Part shown: in pieces, positions 13,075-27,739 of the stretch
Position numbering within the stretch: position 1 is the stretch's first letter
Layout: every line of letters begins with the position of its first letter
DNA from: Octopus vulgaris
Taxonomy: Eukaryota
Length of the DNA stretch: 64,000 bases
NCBI GenBank assembly: GCA_951406725.2
Contig: OX597833.1
Coordinates: 68,200,001-68,264,000 of the forward strand
Direction of reading: 5' to 3'
Made by a program: the position numbers and the translations under genes
The notes under the pieces: model-generated
Databases searched by the model: none
Seen by the model: only the letters and a program-made list of their open reading frames with translations
Told to the model about the DNA's origin: nothing

Positions 13075-15720
13075 ATTAATTATAATAGTGACAATAATGA
13101 TGGCGATGATGATGATGACAATACTAATAATAATAATACTAATAATAATGATAATAATAATAATAATGACAATTATAATTATAGTTTCTGATATAATAAT
13201 GATACAAATATCAGAATAATAATAATAATAGTAGTCGTAATAATAAGGATAATAACGATAATGATTTCTGAATTAATAATAACAATAACATCCATATCGC
13301 TAATAATGATAACAGTTGCTACCGATTTAATGATAATAATGATGATGATGATGATGTTAATGATAATAATGATTGTTTCTGATATGAGGATGATGATGAT
13401 GGTGACAAATAGCAAGAAGGAAAATAAATAGTAAATAAAGGGCCAAGTTGTCTTTTGTGTGTGTTTGTGTGTGTGTTTTTAAAGTGAATGTATTCGTTTA
13501 ATTATGAATTCATGTTTCCATGAAAGGAGTACATCTAACGTGAAGGAAAAAAGAAACAGAAGCATTCGACTATGAAGAATTCACAATGCAACGATTTTAA
13601 AAACGGTATCTTGAAATAACATGAAGAATGAAAAATATGACATCAAGAATATCGTCATCATCATCATCATCACAATATTTAACTACGGCGGCACAAACTG
13701 CAACAACAACAACAACAGCAACCACAGAGCAGCAACAATGAAGAATTCTTCGACAATAATAGCCAGAAACGACGCAAGATTTAACATCAGCAACTATAAC
13801 GACAATCTAATCTATAATATCAATAAAAAATAACAATCAAAATTTAATGAAAAACTAAAAAAAAATAAGAAAACAAGGGTAAAGGAGAACAAAAAAATAT
13901 TAAGGACAAATTTATGAAAAAATTTTTTAATTCAAATGTTTATCTTAAATGGATGGTGGTGTTGGTGGGGTTGATATTGTGGTGGGTGGGAGTGTAGGTG
14001 AGAACGGCGCTCGACCTATGCAATTGGTTGACGAATGCACTGCAGTGGTGATAATATCGGAGATGGTAGTGATGTCGTACTGGAGGTGGTGGTGGCACTG
14101 GAATGGTTAATAGGGAAGTCGGAGACGTGGCAGAATCGTTAGCGCGTCGGGCGAAATGCTTAGTGGTATTTCGTCTGTTGTTACGTTCCGAGTTCAAATT
14201 CCGCGGAGGTCGACTTTGCCTTTCATCCTTTCGGGGTCTATAAATTAAGTACCAATTGCGCACTGGGGTCGATGTATTCGACGTAATTCGCTGTCTTTCC
14301 TTGTTTGTCCCTTCTGTGTTTAGCCCCTTGTGGGTAGTAAAGAAATAGTTATTTCGTCTGTCGTTACGTTCTGAGTTCAAATTCCGCGGAGGTCGACTCT
14401 GCCTTTCATCCTTTCAGGGTCGATAAATAAGTACCAGTTACGCACTGGGATCGATATAATCGACTTAATCAGTTTGTCTGTCCTTGTTTGTCCCCTTCTA
14501 TGTTTAGCCCCTTGTGGGTAGTAAAGAAATAGGATATCTTAGTTGTAGTCTTACTGGAGGTCTTCTTCGTGATAGTGGTAGTGGTGGTGGTGGAGGCAAG
14601 AGTAATAGCGGTGGTGGCGGTGAGAGTAATATTGATCGTTTCTGATGCTACAAGTTGTGATATTTGTGTTGCTAATGTTGATGATAAACAGTTTAGGCGT
14701 AGTGGTAGTGGAAACGGACGTCGGTTGGTGGTGGTGCTGGCGTTGATATTGTGCGCGAAGTTGGAAAACCATCTGCGTTGCTGGTAGAGGTGTTGGTATT
14801 CTTAGTGGTGGTGGTGATGGTGACGGCGGTGTCTCTAACGATAGTAGTGGTGGAGGTGGTGGTGGTGTATGTATTATATGTGTGAGAGACGGAGGATGAT
14901 GAGTGTGGTGGCACCGACGGCAGCAGTAGGAGAGTCGGTGATAGCGATAGTGATGATGGTTATGCTGATGGTCTCGGTAATGGTAGAGGACAGTGGGGGG
15001 GTTAAAAGGGCTCGTCACGTGACGGACAATGATGAGCAGGCTACTGGTGGTGATGCTGAAAGTGGTGGCAAAGGTATAGGTAGTAGCGTTGATGTATGTA
15101 GTGGTATTGGTGCTGCTTTTGATAGTGGTGGTCATGTTGACGATAATCTTGTATTAATTGTAATGCGTTTGTTGTTGTTGTTGTTGCTGGTAATGGTGGT
15201 GGTGATGGGGCGCGACGGATGATGGTAATGATGATGTTTATGGAACGCGAGGTGGTGAGTGGGCGGAGGATATTTCTGCAAAACAAAAAAAAAACCCCAA
15301 AAAACAAATCTTTATATCGCTTTATCTTTAAGAAAACAAGGTTTTAGGAAAACACTTTAGAAAACAAAACATTATTGAATGGTGCGGAAGCGGGGGGTGG
15401 TGGCGCGGGTGGTGGCGGGCGGAGGAGATTGAAAGCACAGGAGGTAATCGTGATTGATGGTGATAATGATGTTCGTGTCGATAATGAGGATGGCAATGAG
15501 GATGATAATAAGATGGAAGACGAAAAACTAGAAGAGAAATGTTAGAGATGATGATGATGATGATGATGATAAAAGTGTTGGTGGTTGCAATGGTGGGGAT
15601 TATTACAATGGCGAGGTTAAGAGAGATGCCTGAGACGAATGTTGATGACAGTGATGATGATGATGATGATGATGTGAGAATGTTGACGGTGCCGAAAGTA
15701 TTAAAAACAATAATAATAAT
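13075..15720. repeat. Degenerate trinucleotide low-complexity domain (AAT/GAT/AAC then GGT/GAT), containing a SINE-A dimer
   Basis: Eroded triplet runs explain the many Thr/His/Val/Met-rich ORFs. Confidence 0.8.
14118..14533 (+). mobile_element. SINE family A head-to-tail dimer (tRNA-like head plus two bodies)
   Basis: A-box-like TGGCAGAATCG and B-box-like GAGTTCAAATTCC. The core GCCTTTCATCCTTTCGGGGTCGATAAA..AGTACCAG resembles the MetaSINE domain as I recall it. The second unit joins at AAGAAATAGTTA|TTTCGTCTG. Confidence 0.92.
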
Positions 15721-15878
15721 CATCCACAATAGAATTCTGCTTATCGATTAGCGCCTACTTATGTTTATTTGTTCGAATGTTACGTTTTCGGATCTAACCT
15801 ATATTCCAAAAACGGAAATTCTTACGGCGATGATCCACAATATTCAAAACAACCAACAAGAATAATATAATAAGAGGA

Positions 15879-16246
15879 GGAGGCGCAATGGCCCAGTGGT
15901 TGGGGCAGCGGACTCCTGGTCGTAGGATCGCGGTTTCGATTCCTAGACCGAGCGTTGTGAGTGTTTATTGAGCGAAAACACCTAAAAGCTCCACGAGGCT
16001 CCGACAGGGGATGGTGGTGATCCCTGCTGTACTCTTTCACCACAACTTTCTCTCACTCTTACTTCCTGTTTCTGTTGTACCTGTATTTCAAGGGGCCGGC
16101 CTTGTCACTCTCTGTGTCACGCTGAATATCCCTGACACGTGTCTGTGGAGTGCTCAGCCACTTGCACGTTAATTTCACGAGCAGGCTGTTCCGTTGATTC
16201 GGATCAACCGGAACCCACGTCGTCGTAACCGACGGAGTGCCTCCAA
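15879..16246 (+). mobile_element. SINE family C (tRNA-Arg-like head) with a 10-bp TSD
   Basis: The head GGAGGCGCAATGGCCCAGTGGTT..GGTTTCGATTCC carries A and B boxes. TSD AATAAGAGGA at 15869-15878 and 16249-16258. Small internal deletion relative to the 39061 and 60606 copies. Confidence 0.92.
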
Positions 16247-16475
16247 AAAATAAGAGGAAATGGTTCAATAACCGTGGAACGAAGTCGGAGTATTCTATAG
16301 AGGTTCGGTTCCACATTCTGATGGCGTTACCCAACACGGTCGTCATCTGTCTAATAGGTTATACGCTTCTCTTTTCAAAAGGACAAAATAATCGATCTTG
16401 GTAGCATTTTGCTTACATCAACAAATCACCTCCACCAACATACACACACATAAACGTACACCAATGGACATATAC

Positions 16476-16551
<76 letters not shown>

Positions 16552-17103
16552 CACTGATTACTTGATTGCTATAAACACACATTTCTTTATCGTGTGTATT
16601 AACAACAATATGCAAATGCGCAGTTCATAAGCAGTGACACAAAGAAGTAACTTGATTCATGATTGTGCTTACGTACGTAAAAAACAAAGCATGTGTTTGG
16701 TGGCGTCACGTTGCAGTGCAATGTATATATATATATATATACATATACGTGTGTGTATCATGTTTATATACATATATACATGTGTATGTAAGTATGTATG
16801 ATATGCAATATAATACAATAGAGCAGCATAACAGACCCTCGAAATTCAAGGTTCACTGCTCTTTTAATCGTGATTTATGAATGATGTTTATACGATAGCA
16901 TGAGAACAAGCCAAAACGTACTTTCACTTTTACATTCACTTATGAGGAGATATAAGAAGACTCAAATAAATCTAAGATAGAAAAACGCATTACTTGATAC
17001 TTTAACACTGTCCAATGAACTGTATTGCACAGCACGCCTTTTGTATTAAAGATCTGGAGATTATGCATACATTTAGTAATATAGGGCATATTTGACATTT
17101 GAT

Positions 17104-17257
<154 letters not shown>

Positions 17258-17279
17258 ATAGAAATTCGGGGTGAGTACT

Positions 17280-17319
<40 letters not shown>

Positions 17320-17963
17320 GTTTGCATGTGTGGGAATACAAATGTGTATATATTATGTTTCTATCATATGTGTAAGTATACTTGCATGCATGGATGTATC
17401 TGCATGAATGTACGTGTTTGTATGCGCTTGTAGATTTTATTGTATGTGTGTAATGCCAATTCAATGCCACATGAGAGAAAGAAGAAAAACCTCTTGTGAC
17501 TTCTCAGCTATCAACTCTATCTAAAGTGCATTTTCCTGTCGACATTTCAGTTCAGAAGTTCAGATCTCATACGTTATGTGTAGGAAGATATAGAAAGATA
17601 TAAAATGTTTATATTCATCTAAGTGTATATATAGGTTGGGGTTTTCTGCATGAATGCTTAAGATATTGATATGAATTAGAATAAGAAACCAGATTTTAAA
17701 GTATTCCTCTCAGTTTTATGAGAGGCACCTTGAAATGGTAAACTTAAATGCTGTAAGTAGTGTTCTTCAGCTTTGGAGCCTTTTGATTTATAACATTGCG
17801 TGCACTGGTTTCTATACAAGGATCCACTTAATGATATACACTCATGCAAACGCACACACACATATGTGTGTCAATGCATGTATTCGAAGTTATATATATG
17901 TGTATGAATGCATGTATATATATATGTATGTATGTTGGAGTCATAATAATTACATACACACAC

Positions 17964-18010
<47 letters not shown>

Positions 18011-18640
18011 GCATTCGAAGAATACACATGTATGAATGCATATATGTGTGTGTGTTGCAGTCATAATAATTATAAACTTCGAGTGAGCTTAAAATCATTT
18101 TACTTATTTGTAAAGGTGAAAGGCCAAGTAGACAAATCTATAAATAACAGCATGTAAATAGATATTGGAGTATATACCCTCTGTAGTTAGAAAAAAAACT
18201 CTAGATAGATCGATAAAAAGATTGAAGTGCGCGCGAAAGAGAAGGGGAAAATGGAACAAGGGAAGTTGAAGGGGACTTAAGACATTCGATCGATAGAGAA
18301 TGAGCTAATGATAGAGGGAGATCATAGGAAGTATTTTAAACATAAACCATGGGATAAGCTTCGGCAAACTATATTCTGAAGCTTTTATCCGTGCGGCGCG
18401 CGTACTTTTAAATATTTGCCATTGGACGCAGCGGGAAACTTTCGCACACACAAAGTTCCTAATTTATCCTTGTTGTTTTCGGTTGCAGAATGACAAATTA
18501 CACAAAATAGGAAAAAGATGTATGAATTTTAAATTGTTCAGAAATCAACTGTTATTATATATTTGGAAGAAATACATATTCTGTTCCCTCAAATTGAAAT
18601 TTTTAAAAATATTTTGAGTAGGATTGATGAATGGTATAAA

Positions 18641-18670
18641 AGTAATTAACGATATCTTTTTAGCTCTGGT

Positions 18671-18706
<36 letters not shown>

Positions 18707-18736
18707 ACCAGAGCTAAAAAGATGTCGTTAATTACT
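18641..18736. repeat. 96-bp near-perfect palindrome centred on (AT)n
   Basis: 36-bp unique arms (18641-18676 and 18701-18736) with one mismatch; the (AT)n centre is self-complementary. Confidence 0.95.
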
Positions 18737-19521
18737 GTTATACATATATATATATATATATATATGTATATACAACACATATATACACCTAATACATGTA
18801 AACCCTGAACGAATATGTACGTACATAAGTATATACACATACAGTCATACACATACGCACACACATATACATGTCTATCCTGACTGAACAGATTATACAA
18901 AACTAATGAACAAGAAGGAATCTGTACCATCTTTCTTGTCCCGTCAAACCGGAATCAATTCCTAAAACTGCGCCGCCTCACTTGTAGGAGCGAAGTAAGT
19001 AGGACAATACATAAAGCCCTTCCTTAGTGCAGAGTCAATGTGAGGTTTATGAAATGCTGTGTAAGAAAATACCATTCAGAACTAAATCAAGATGTTGTAT
19101 AATTAAATTCCCCGCTGAAATGGAATGTTGCAATGTATTTTAAAGCTCATTCTACACGTGTTTATCATAATAAAACTACACATCAGAAGCCGAACAGGAA
19201 CTTATTATATGTAAGGGGGGAAAAGAGCACATCAAGTAATAATCTTGTTTTAGCACATATTTTCTTATTTCCCACATCCTAGTCTTGCTTGCTCTTTCTG
19301 TCTTAGTTCTTCACTGTTAGATATATATTCTTCATTGTATAGATATAAATTTACGCACAAATATATAAATATATAAATACAGCAGACAGGAAACGAACGT
19401 AGTGGATATTAATTATATTTTTTAATAATTGTTACATATTTAAATGATATAAATTAATTTATGTATTGGCTTAAGTCTTTCATTGTTTGATTTGCCTAAT
19501 AGTGGTTTTGTCTCTAATTTA

Positions 19522-19568
<47 letters not shown>

Positions 19569-19725
19569 GTATGTATGTGTATAGACAAATATGTGGGTAT
19601 ATGTGTGAGTGCTAGTGTGAGTATTTATGCAAATTTCTGATATTTCTTTCGCTTGATATGCTACCCATGTAAATGTTCATTGTCAATTCTGCTCTTCATA
19701 TTGTCCTATTTATCTATCTGTTTCT

Positions 19726-19727
<2 letters not shown>

Positions 19728-19785
<58 letters not shown>

Positions 19786-20185
19786 ATCTATCTATATCTA
19801 TCTATCTCTATCTATATCTATCTATATATATCTAACTATATCTATCTATATCTAACTATATCTATCTCTATCTATATCTATCTATATATATCTAACTATA
19901 TCTATCTCTATCTATATCTATCTATATATATCTATCTATATCTATATCTATCTATATCTATATCTATCTATATCTGTCTCTATCTATCTATATATCTCTA
20001 TCTATCTATCTATATCTATCTACCTATATCTATCTATCTATCTATCTCAATCTATCTACCTATATCTATCTACCTATCTATCTCTATCTATCTATATCTA
20101 TCTATCTATTTCTATCTATCTATCTATCTCTATCTATCTATCTATCTATCTCGCTACCTAGCTAGCTATCTCTTTATCTATCTAT
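19728..20185. repeat. Degenerate (TATC/TATATC)n satellite
   Basis: Seen directly. Confidence 0.95.
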
Positions 20186-20912
20186 CCCCGCCTACAAACA
20201 TACATGCATGCGTTCACACACACATGTATATAATATATAGTGACAAGGAACTTAGATACAATCTCGGAAAATGGCTGGCAGCTCACGTCACCCACTTCTC
20301 TCTCCTTCTCAACTGTCAAAGTATACTTGTATTTTATGCCTCTGTTTTACTCTTTCCTTCCGTCTTCTACATTATTTGCATGTTTACATTACTGATTCCT
20401 CTGAGGATGATGACTGGTAGAATGTGTACCCATGGTGGTGAGAATCATTTTTGGTTAATTTCTTTAGCCTCTTATGTATTTCCTCAGTCCAGTTCTCTCG
20501 GTTTTTGTCATTACATCTCCAAAGTCCACTCTCGATATCTAAATCGTCCTTCCAACACTGAAGTTTTATATAATTGATTGACAGGGTCTCACTGTGGTCG
20601 AAAACAGAGTACCAGTCAATGATGGTCTTTGGTTGGGTTAATCGTTAGAACGTTGGGCGAAATGCTTTGTGGTGTGGTGCCCGTTCCATCGCTATGCATT
20701 GCGAGTTCAAAGCCTGCCTAAGCACTGACACATGTCGACACTATAGCGAGAATTTAGCATGGACGCATAGTATTTTCAATTTGAAAAACCAATACAAATT
20801 TTTTCTTTGTTCTATGAGAAGAACCGGCTGCTAGCAACACATTTGAAATAGACTCAGTCATAGTAAAAGAAAAGAAAAAAGACGATCCGTAGTGATGGGA
20901 GCGATGGCAGCA

Positions 20913-20924
20913 GTAGTGGTAGTG

Positions 20925-20967
<43 letters not shown>

Positions 20968-21228
20968 AAATATTGATGCTGTTATTGTTTACAGGTTTGT
21001 GTCAGATTTATAATTTTAAAAATATTTGTTCATATCTTACACATTTCCTGCATAAAAAAACACCAACGTTTCTCTCTATCTCTGCCTCTCTCTCTCTCCC
21101 TCTCTTTAACTCGTTCTTTGTTTCTTTCTTTCTCTCTCTCTCTCTCCCCTCCATACTTACCTTTATTTTACTTCAGTTCTTTTCGTCTTGACTGAGCTCA
21201 GCTGTGGTGTAGTCTAGCGTATAATTCA

Positions 21229-21260
<32 letters not shown>

Positions 21261-21530
21261 TATTACTATTATTATTATTACTATTATTATTATTATTATT
21301 ATCCCAGAACCACGCATACACCCCATCACAAACACACGCACACACACATAGACGTATATACATTTGTGTTTATGTGTGTATTTCTTTTCTGTCCTGCTAA
21401 ATCTGCTTATTATTATTATTATTACTATTATTATTATTATTATTACTATTACTATTATTATTACTATTATTATTACTACTACTACTAATACTACCACTAA
21501 TGCTTCTGCTGCTTTTATTATTAGTAGTAA
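20913..21530. repeat. (GTA)n, CT-rich and (ATT/ACT)n tracts
   Basis: Seen directly. Confidence 0.85.
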
Positions 21531-22324
21531 TGCATTCATCATCGTCAACATCACTTGAATATATGAATTATTTCTTTTTCTTTAATTTTATTTGTCTTCG
21601 TTGTTGAAGCTAAGAAAAAGTTACCCAGTGAAAGTCTTGCTATTTATTTTCGCTATATATCAGATTAAGTCTGGGTTTTACCAATTCTTGTCAATTCACT
21701 GACTTTCTGTTTTCTTTCTTCTCCTCCAAAGCACACCTATTTTATTTTTTATTCTTCTTTACTTTCATATTATTGCCGTTTTTTTTAAAACTGATTTTCG
21801 AATCGTTGTTTTATTTTTGACTATGTAGAATAACAAAACCTAAATAAAACATAAGACGAAATAATTTTGAAAAAAAATTCCCTATTTCTGTCTCTCTTAC
21901 ACACACACACATGCACACACGAGAAAATAACAACGGCAATAGCAAGAACAACAAAGAACAGGAGAAGGCGGAAAACAAGGAGGAGAAGAAAAAGAAAAGT
22001 AGCCCCCAAAACAACGGCAACAAAATAGAGAAAAGCAAGGATAGAATCGACAACAACGCTAGGAAAAAGAATGCAAAGAACATGCCAAATGTGTTTATAG
22101 CAAAAACAATAACGATCATGAATGTAACAAGGTAATAATGTAAAAACAAATTCAAGGTATTCGCAATAAAGCCATGAACAATAATGACAACTATAGGGAG
22201 AATGAGCAAGAAGTACCAAAAGATTATTGGAAAAACGAACACCATATTGGAAAATTATATGGTGTGTAAAAGTTCACACAGACACATGTGTGGATATATA
22301 AGTGTATATAGACATAGTGAGAAT

Positions 22325-22610
22325 TTACACATAAAAAAAGCAAAAGACGAAGGCGGGTGTGTAAACAACAAACAGATGGATTAGTTTAACGCTCGGGAAG
22401 TGAGAAAGTGTTTTATGTTTCGAGCCTACGCTCTTCAACAGAAACGAACACAGAAATAAACAGGGAGAGAAAATAGAAAAATGTTTAGTGGCTACCGAGC
22501 TATCATGGCGAATGCCGGACAGAGGGGTCACACAGGAGTGCTAGGAAGAAGGGGAGATAATAATGTAGTGGTGATCCCAAAACGAAGGTGCGTGTAGGAG
22601 GGGGCTGGTA
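22325..22610 (-). mobile_element. Penelope-like hammerhead element H1, longer diverged copy
   Basis: Colinear with 23085-23265 and extends further 5'. Confidence 0.65.
22410..22445 (-). ncRNA. Minimal hammerhead motif H1 (CUGUUGA core)
   Basis: GUUU-CUGUUGA-A-GAGC(GUAG)GCUC-GAAA-CAUA-AAAC; stem I has G-C where other copies have C-G. Confidence 0.65.
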
Positions 22611-22926
22611 ACATTGAGGTGTGCGTGTGTGTATGTGTAGGTGTGTGGATGCATGCATGTTTAAATGAAAGCATGAATATGTATCGCCGAGTATCTTTTA
22701 TAAATACACACATATTTACATACTCAAACACAGAGAATGGCACGCACACACATTTATATAGATACGTATATATGTGTATCTGTATGTGTAAATGCGTGTG
22801 TGCGCGCACGCTTACAAACTCATTTGTATGTATGTATACGGAACGACGAAAAACTTCAGGTCACTTATAAGTTGCTCAGAACATGACAGAGATGTCAGTG
22901 GAGACACGGACAATGACAGCCTCAGT

Positions 22927-23429
22927 ATTCTTTTGTTTCAGTTATTTGATTGTGGCCACGATAGAGCTCCGCCTTTAGAACAAATCGAACCCAGGACTTA
23001 TTCTTTGTAAGGCTAGTACTTATTCTATCGGTTTCTTTTGCCGTACCGCTTTGATATATATATATATATATAAATATATGGTAAGTTTACGAAAATAAAC
23101 AAAAGACGAAGGCAGGTGGAATACAAAAAAATGTATTAGTATAGCGCTCAGGAATAGAAAAAAGTCTTTTACGTTTCGTGCCTACGCTCTTCGACAGAAA
23201 GATACACAGAAAAAAAAACAAGGAGAGAAAAAATGCGTGTAGGAGCTAACGATCTATCATGGCGTAAGATGGGCTTCTTTCAGATTCCGTCTACTAAATA
23301 CACTCACAAGGCTTTGGTTTTCCCAAATCTATAGTAGAAGACACTGACCCAAGGTGTCACGCGATTGGACTGAATCCGGAACGATATTGTTTGGAAGCAA
23401 GCGGCTCACCACACAGCCACGCTGTGCCT
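22927..23429 (-). mobile_element. SINE family B split by a nested hammerhead element
   Basis: 3' half at 22927-23050 and head at 23268-23429; an H1 element and (TA)n lie between them. Confidence 0.8.
23164..23202 (-). ncRNA. Minimal hammerhead motif H1 (CUGUCGA core, GUA site)
   Basis: UCUUU-CUGUCGA-A-GAGC(GUAG)GCAC-GAAA-CGUA-AAAGA, with palindromic ACGU in place of stem III. Confidence 0.65.
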
Positions 23430-24034
23430 AAATTTAATGACCAACAAAATTACTAATGAAATCAGGCGATTATTTACGCATACCGGACACAAAGAGCACG
23501 ACATAGATAAACACTTGAAAGGTATTTCATGTAGAGTATCAATATATTGATTGAAACCAGCATCATAAAATAGAAAACCGGATATTATAATGAAATCAGC
23601 CGTAAAAGAGTGAAGAACAGACTATAAAACATTAATAAAAGACAACATGAAAACAGATAATCATATATCGGGATAACAAAATGAATATTTAGACACCAGA
23701 CGATCAAAGTTGTACCTGTACACAGTTGAACAAAATCATATAAACTGTCTGGAAATATTGAATGAAGTAATCGACTGAAGATCGTTGTGACATGAAACTT
23801 AAATAGTAGAAAAAACAATTCAGTCTGTGTGTGTCTGAGACTGTGTGATGTGTGTTTACTTAAAGTGTCTGAAGAGGTCAGGAAGATAGTCACGTAGACA
23901 TTTAGAGTATATATTACAAAGTATATAACTGAACAGATTAAATATATTTCTGCATTTGTGTACACATACACATAAGTATATATATAAATATATATATATA
24001 TATATCCAAATAAGCAACAAGTATATCTTCTGTA

Positions 24035-24125
24035 ATTTGGTACGATCGTTTCGTGCTACTTCCTTTTTATTAAACAATGTAAGTTTTACATCAGTTTTAA
24101 AACGTTGAGCAATCTTCAGCCATTT
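24035..24125 (-). ncRNA. Hammerhead motif with long stem II (family H4)
   Basis: UGG-CUGAAGA-U-UGCU..~50 nt..AGCA-C-GAAA-CGAUCGUA-CCA; homologous to 30876-30964. Confidence 0.6.
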
Positions 24126-24874
24126 ATAGAAGTCTTCCACCAAATGGACAATACATATACTTATTTCCATTTCGTTTGCCAACATTATAAGTACCATATT
24201 CATTTGAATCTAAATTTTGCTGAACTTTATATATATACACACACAGCTTTATCAATCTATCTATGCACATAGGAACATATATATATATATACTACTTTAT
24301 ACTATATGTATATACATATATATACATATATATGGCCTCTCACAAATCTCTCTATGTGCTAAATATATATATACATGTGAGCATTGTTGTATATCTATCT
24401 AAATCAGTGTTAACATATACCCTTATTCGGGGAACATACACATACAGTAACATAGTTATAACAACACTCAAACTCGTATATACATTACGAAGGAAGTATG
24501 CATACATACAATATGCAAACATAAATATGCACAAATACGTATTTTCATTTATATATATACACACAGGTACACACGCAGGCTTGTAGGCAGAAGTAATTGA
24601 ATATAATTGAATATGCGGGAGCAGATGAGAAACTGGAAGCTATGCATGAATTCAAAGTTCACAAAAACATTCTGATTAAGAAAACGAAGAATAATGGAAA
24701 CGAAAACACGTGTGTGTGTGTGTGTGCGTGTCTGTGTGTGTGGACAAACAAAGACGCACAGACTAAGATCTCTATATATAAACGGACAGATATACATAGA
24801 TACCCATATATACTCACTCATGCATACATACATACATAAACACATATAGAGGCACTCATATATACAGACATAGA

Positions 24875-24921
<47 letters not shown>

Positions 24922-24986
24922 GTGTGTGTGTGTATTCACATTAGCACACGCATAAGCATATACTTACATTACAGCATTATATTTAA

Positions 24987-25007
24987 ACACACACACACAC
25001 GCACACA

Positions 25008-25086
<79 letters not shown>
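24987..25086. repeat. (CA)n microsatellite
   Basis: Seen directly. Confidence 0.98.
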
Positions 25087-25088
<2 letters not shown>

Positions 25089-25852
25089 ACGTTCACATTC
25101 GCAGCTATGCAAACACACAGACACCATCAATCCAGAAAGATGTCATTTAGAAAAAATAATCGTGTCAGAAGTCAAAACATTGATACGAGGGAAAAGCCAA
25201 GTATTTTGGAAAAAGCCAAGTATTTTGTCTAACTGGGTTTGTTTATACAAGCCTTCCCAACTTCAAGTAGGCCAACAGACCGTATGGCTGAGAGACGATA
25301 CTCGAAGAAAGCCGGAGACCTAGTAAATAAATGCACGGTAGGAACTAACATGTACATTATAATAGGTTGAAACTATGATTATATATTTCTGTAATCAATA
25401 GGAATACACCTTTGTATTAGAGATCAATATATAAGCTAGCCGACTGTATGCTTTCGGCATAACAAATAAAAATACTCTAAAAATTCACATATATATTATA
25501 TGGCGTGGAAATGTCTTAGAAAAGGTGAAGTTGTTTCTGGAATTTGTGGCTGAAAACTCCTAAATGTATCCAAATGTAGCCCCTAAAGTTGGATCGCAGC
25601 ACGTGAGGGTGTGAAAAATATATTTCGGTAAAACCTTCAGCATAGTCAATAAATAGATATACGATTAATAGTGACTATTCATAAAACTTTTCATTCCAAA
25701 CTATACGAAATGTTTACGAAAATCTAGAAAATGTGATGGAGATAAACCCTGAAGAATGATATCAGAAATCAAATAAATTTAGGTAAGGGCACTTTCTTTC
25801 ATGTTAGAACTTCTGAGCGAAGAATTGTCTACGCCTGAAGATTTTAATTTAT

Positions 25853-26200
25853 ATCTTTTGGTTTGAGTCATTATACTGCGATCATGCAGGACCAACATGA
25901 TTAAGTACTGGGGGTCGAATGAATCGACCCCAGTACGTAATTTTTAAGTCTGGAACATGGTACATATTCCGCCGTCCCTTTTGCCGAACCGCTATGTTAG
26001 AAGGACGTAAACGCACCCACACTAGTTGTCAAACGTTGGCCACACACACACGCACACACACGTTGAGTTTCCTTCAGCCAAATCAACTCACAAGGCTTTG
26101 GCGGTGCGAGGTTAGAGTAGAACTCACTTGCTCAATGTTCCGCAGAGTGGGACTGAACTCGGAACCCTGTGGTTGAGACGTAAACTTCCTACTACACAAC
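25853..26200 (-). mobile_element. SINE family B, degenerate
   Basis: TTTTGCCGAACCGCT, CTCACAAGGCTTTG and GTGGGACTGAAC blocks occur in order. Confidence 0.7.
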
Positions 26201-26255
26201 AACACCATAACATACATGTATGATATATATTTATGCTTATATTGTATGTATACAA

Positions 26256-26477
26256 GGGCGACGAGCTGGCATAATCGTTAGCACGCCGGGCGAAATGCTG
26301 AGCGGTATTTCGTCTGCCGTTACGTTCTGAGTTCAAATTCCGCCGATGTCGACTTTGCCTTTCATCCTTTCGGAGTCGATAAATTAAGTACCAGTTACGC
26401 ACTGGGGTCGATATAATCGACTTAATCCGTTTGTTTGTCCTCTCTGTGTTTAGCCCCTTGTGGGTAGTAAAGAAATA
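26256..26477 (+). mobile_element. SINE family A monomer, near intact
   Basis: Full head, core and tail; possible TSD TATA(T/C)TGTATGTAT. Confidence 0.92.
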
Positions 26478-27116
26478 TATACTGTATGTATGCATTTGAA
26501 TGTGTTCCATAAGAGTGTGTGTATGAGTGTGTATTCGATAACAGTCTGTGTATATGAAGGTGTGAGATGCATTATGAGTGGTTGTATACGTGGAAGTTTA
26601 AAGGTCAGTGGGGTGCCGCTTCAATAACAAACTATGATGTTAACAGTGAACGATTGCTACATTTTGGTCTTTAAACCGTCTAAACCCTGTTCAAACATTC
26701 TTCATGTTTTGTGTTCAAACAGGCCGAATCTGGCCTATCGCATTCACTGAGTATCGCATGTTTTCAGAACGACATTTCAATCATACCATCGATATTTTGA
26801 AGGCCATGCATGGTTAATTGTATATGAATAAATATTACATTTGATAAATTAATCTTCAAGGTGTTTACATATGTTTACTAATAAAACATGTCTGGATCAA
26901 GAATATCGAGATAAAAGATTTGAATGTCTGTGTTATTTCTGTTTTTGATGCAATTATGTCGGAGCACCTGGTCAGGTCTTCTCCGGCAGCTGTTTGACCA
27001 GAGATAGTGGTACAAATGTAAATACATGTCGAGAGAGTCTTCAGTGGCACGTTTGCTTCCTTAACATTCCTTGCAACTCCTCACAATCTTTCATTCAAAC
27101 TATTTTTCCACTAACA

Positions 27117-27151
<35 letters not shown>

Positions 27152-27181
27152 TAATGAGTATACACGGATGTATTTGTATGC

Positions 27182-27226
<45 letters not shown>

Positions 27227-27267
27227 TATACACGGATGTATTTGTATACACGGATGTATTTGTATGC

Positions 27268-27301
<34 letters not shown>

Positions 27302-27462
27302 GAAATCGTATACATACATAAAAACTTAACAAACATGCCTACAAATAAATATAAAGGAGGTAAATACAAAATGGCAAGTATTCAAATCTTGCAAACTTAC
27401 ACAGACAGACACACAGACACACATACACGCGCATATAATATCGATAGATGCATAATATATAA

Positions 27463-27509
<47 letters not shown>

Positions 27510-27513
<4 letters not shown>

Positions 27514-27707
27514 ATCGCGTGTGTACCGTTGGCGTTTTTTTTCCTCCGTCTTCCCTTCTTTGGATCTTTTTTTTTCCTATGTTTCTGACGAAGAGCTCCG
27601 CTCGAAACATTAAGCCCTTCTTCTTTCCTGAGCATCCAATAACACTATACTTGTTCCACGTCCTTGCGTTGTTGTGTTTTCTCTTTGAGTTTTCATGTTT
27701 GGATTAA

Positions 27708-27712
<5 letters not shown>
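27510..27712 (+). mobile_element. Penelope-like hammerhead element H2 between two (TA)n tracts
   Basis: Homologous to 46118-46270. Confidence 0.65.
27581..27615 (+). ncRNA. Minimal hammerhead motif H2 (canonical CUGACGA)
   Basis: GUUU-CUGACGA-A-GAGC(UCC)GCUC-GAAA-CAUU-AAGC. Confidence 0.7.

Positions 27713-27739
<27 letters not shown>

Noticed and set aside
14551-15751. Overlapping Thr/His/Gly/Val-rich ORFs
   Set aside because: Degenerate GGT/GAT triplet DNA is open on both strands, with no recognisable protein or splice evidence.
15879-15950. tRNA-Arg genes (also 39380-39450 and 60606-60680)
   Set aside because: The acceptor stem is not formed and each continues into the same SINE body.
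23862-23903. CTGAAGA...ACGTA-GACATTT hammerhead-like segment
   Set aside because: GAAA is missing and the stem register is ambiguous.
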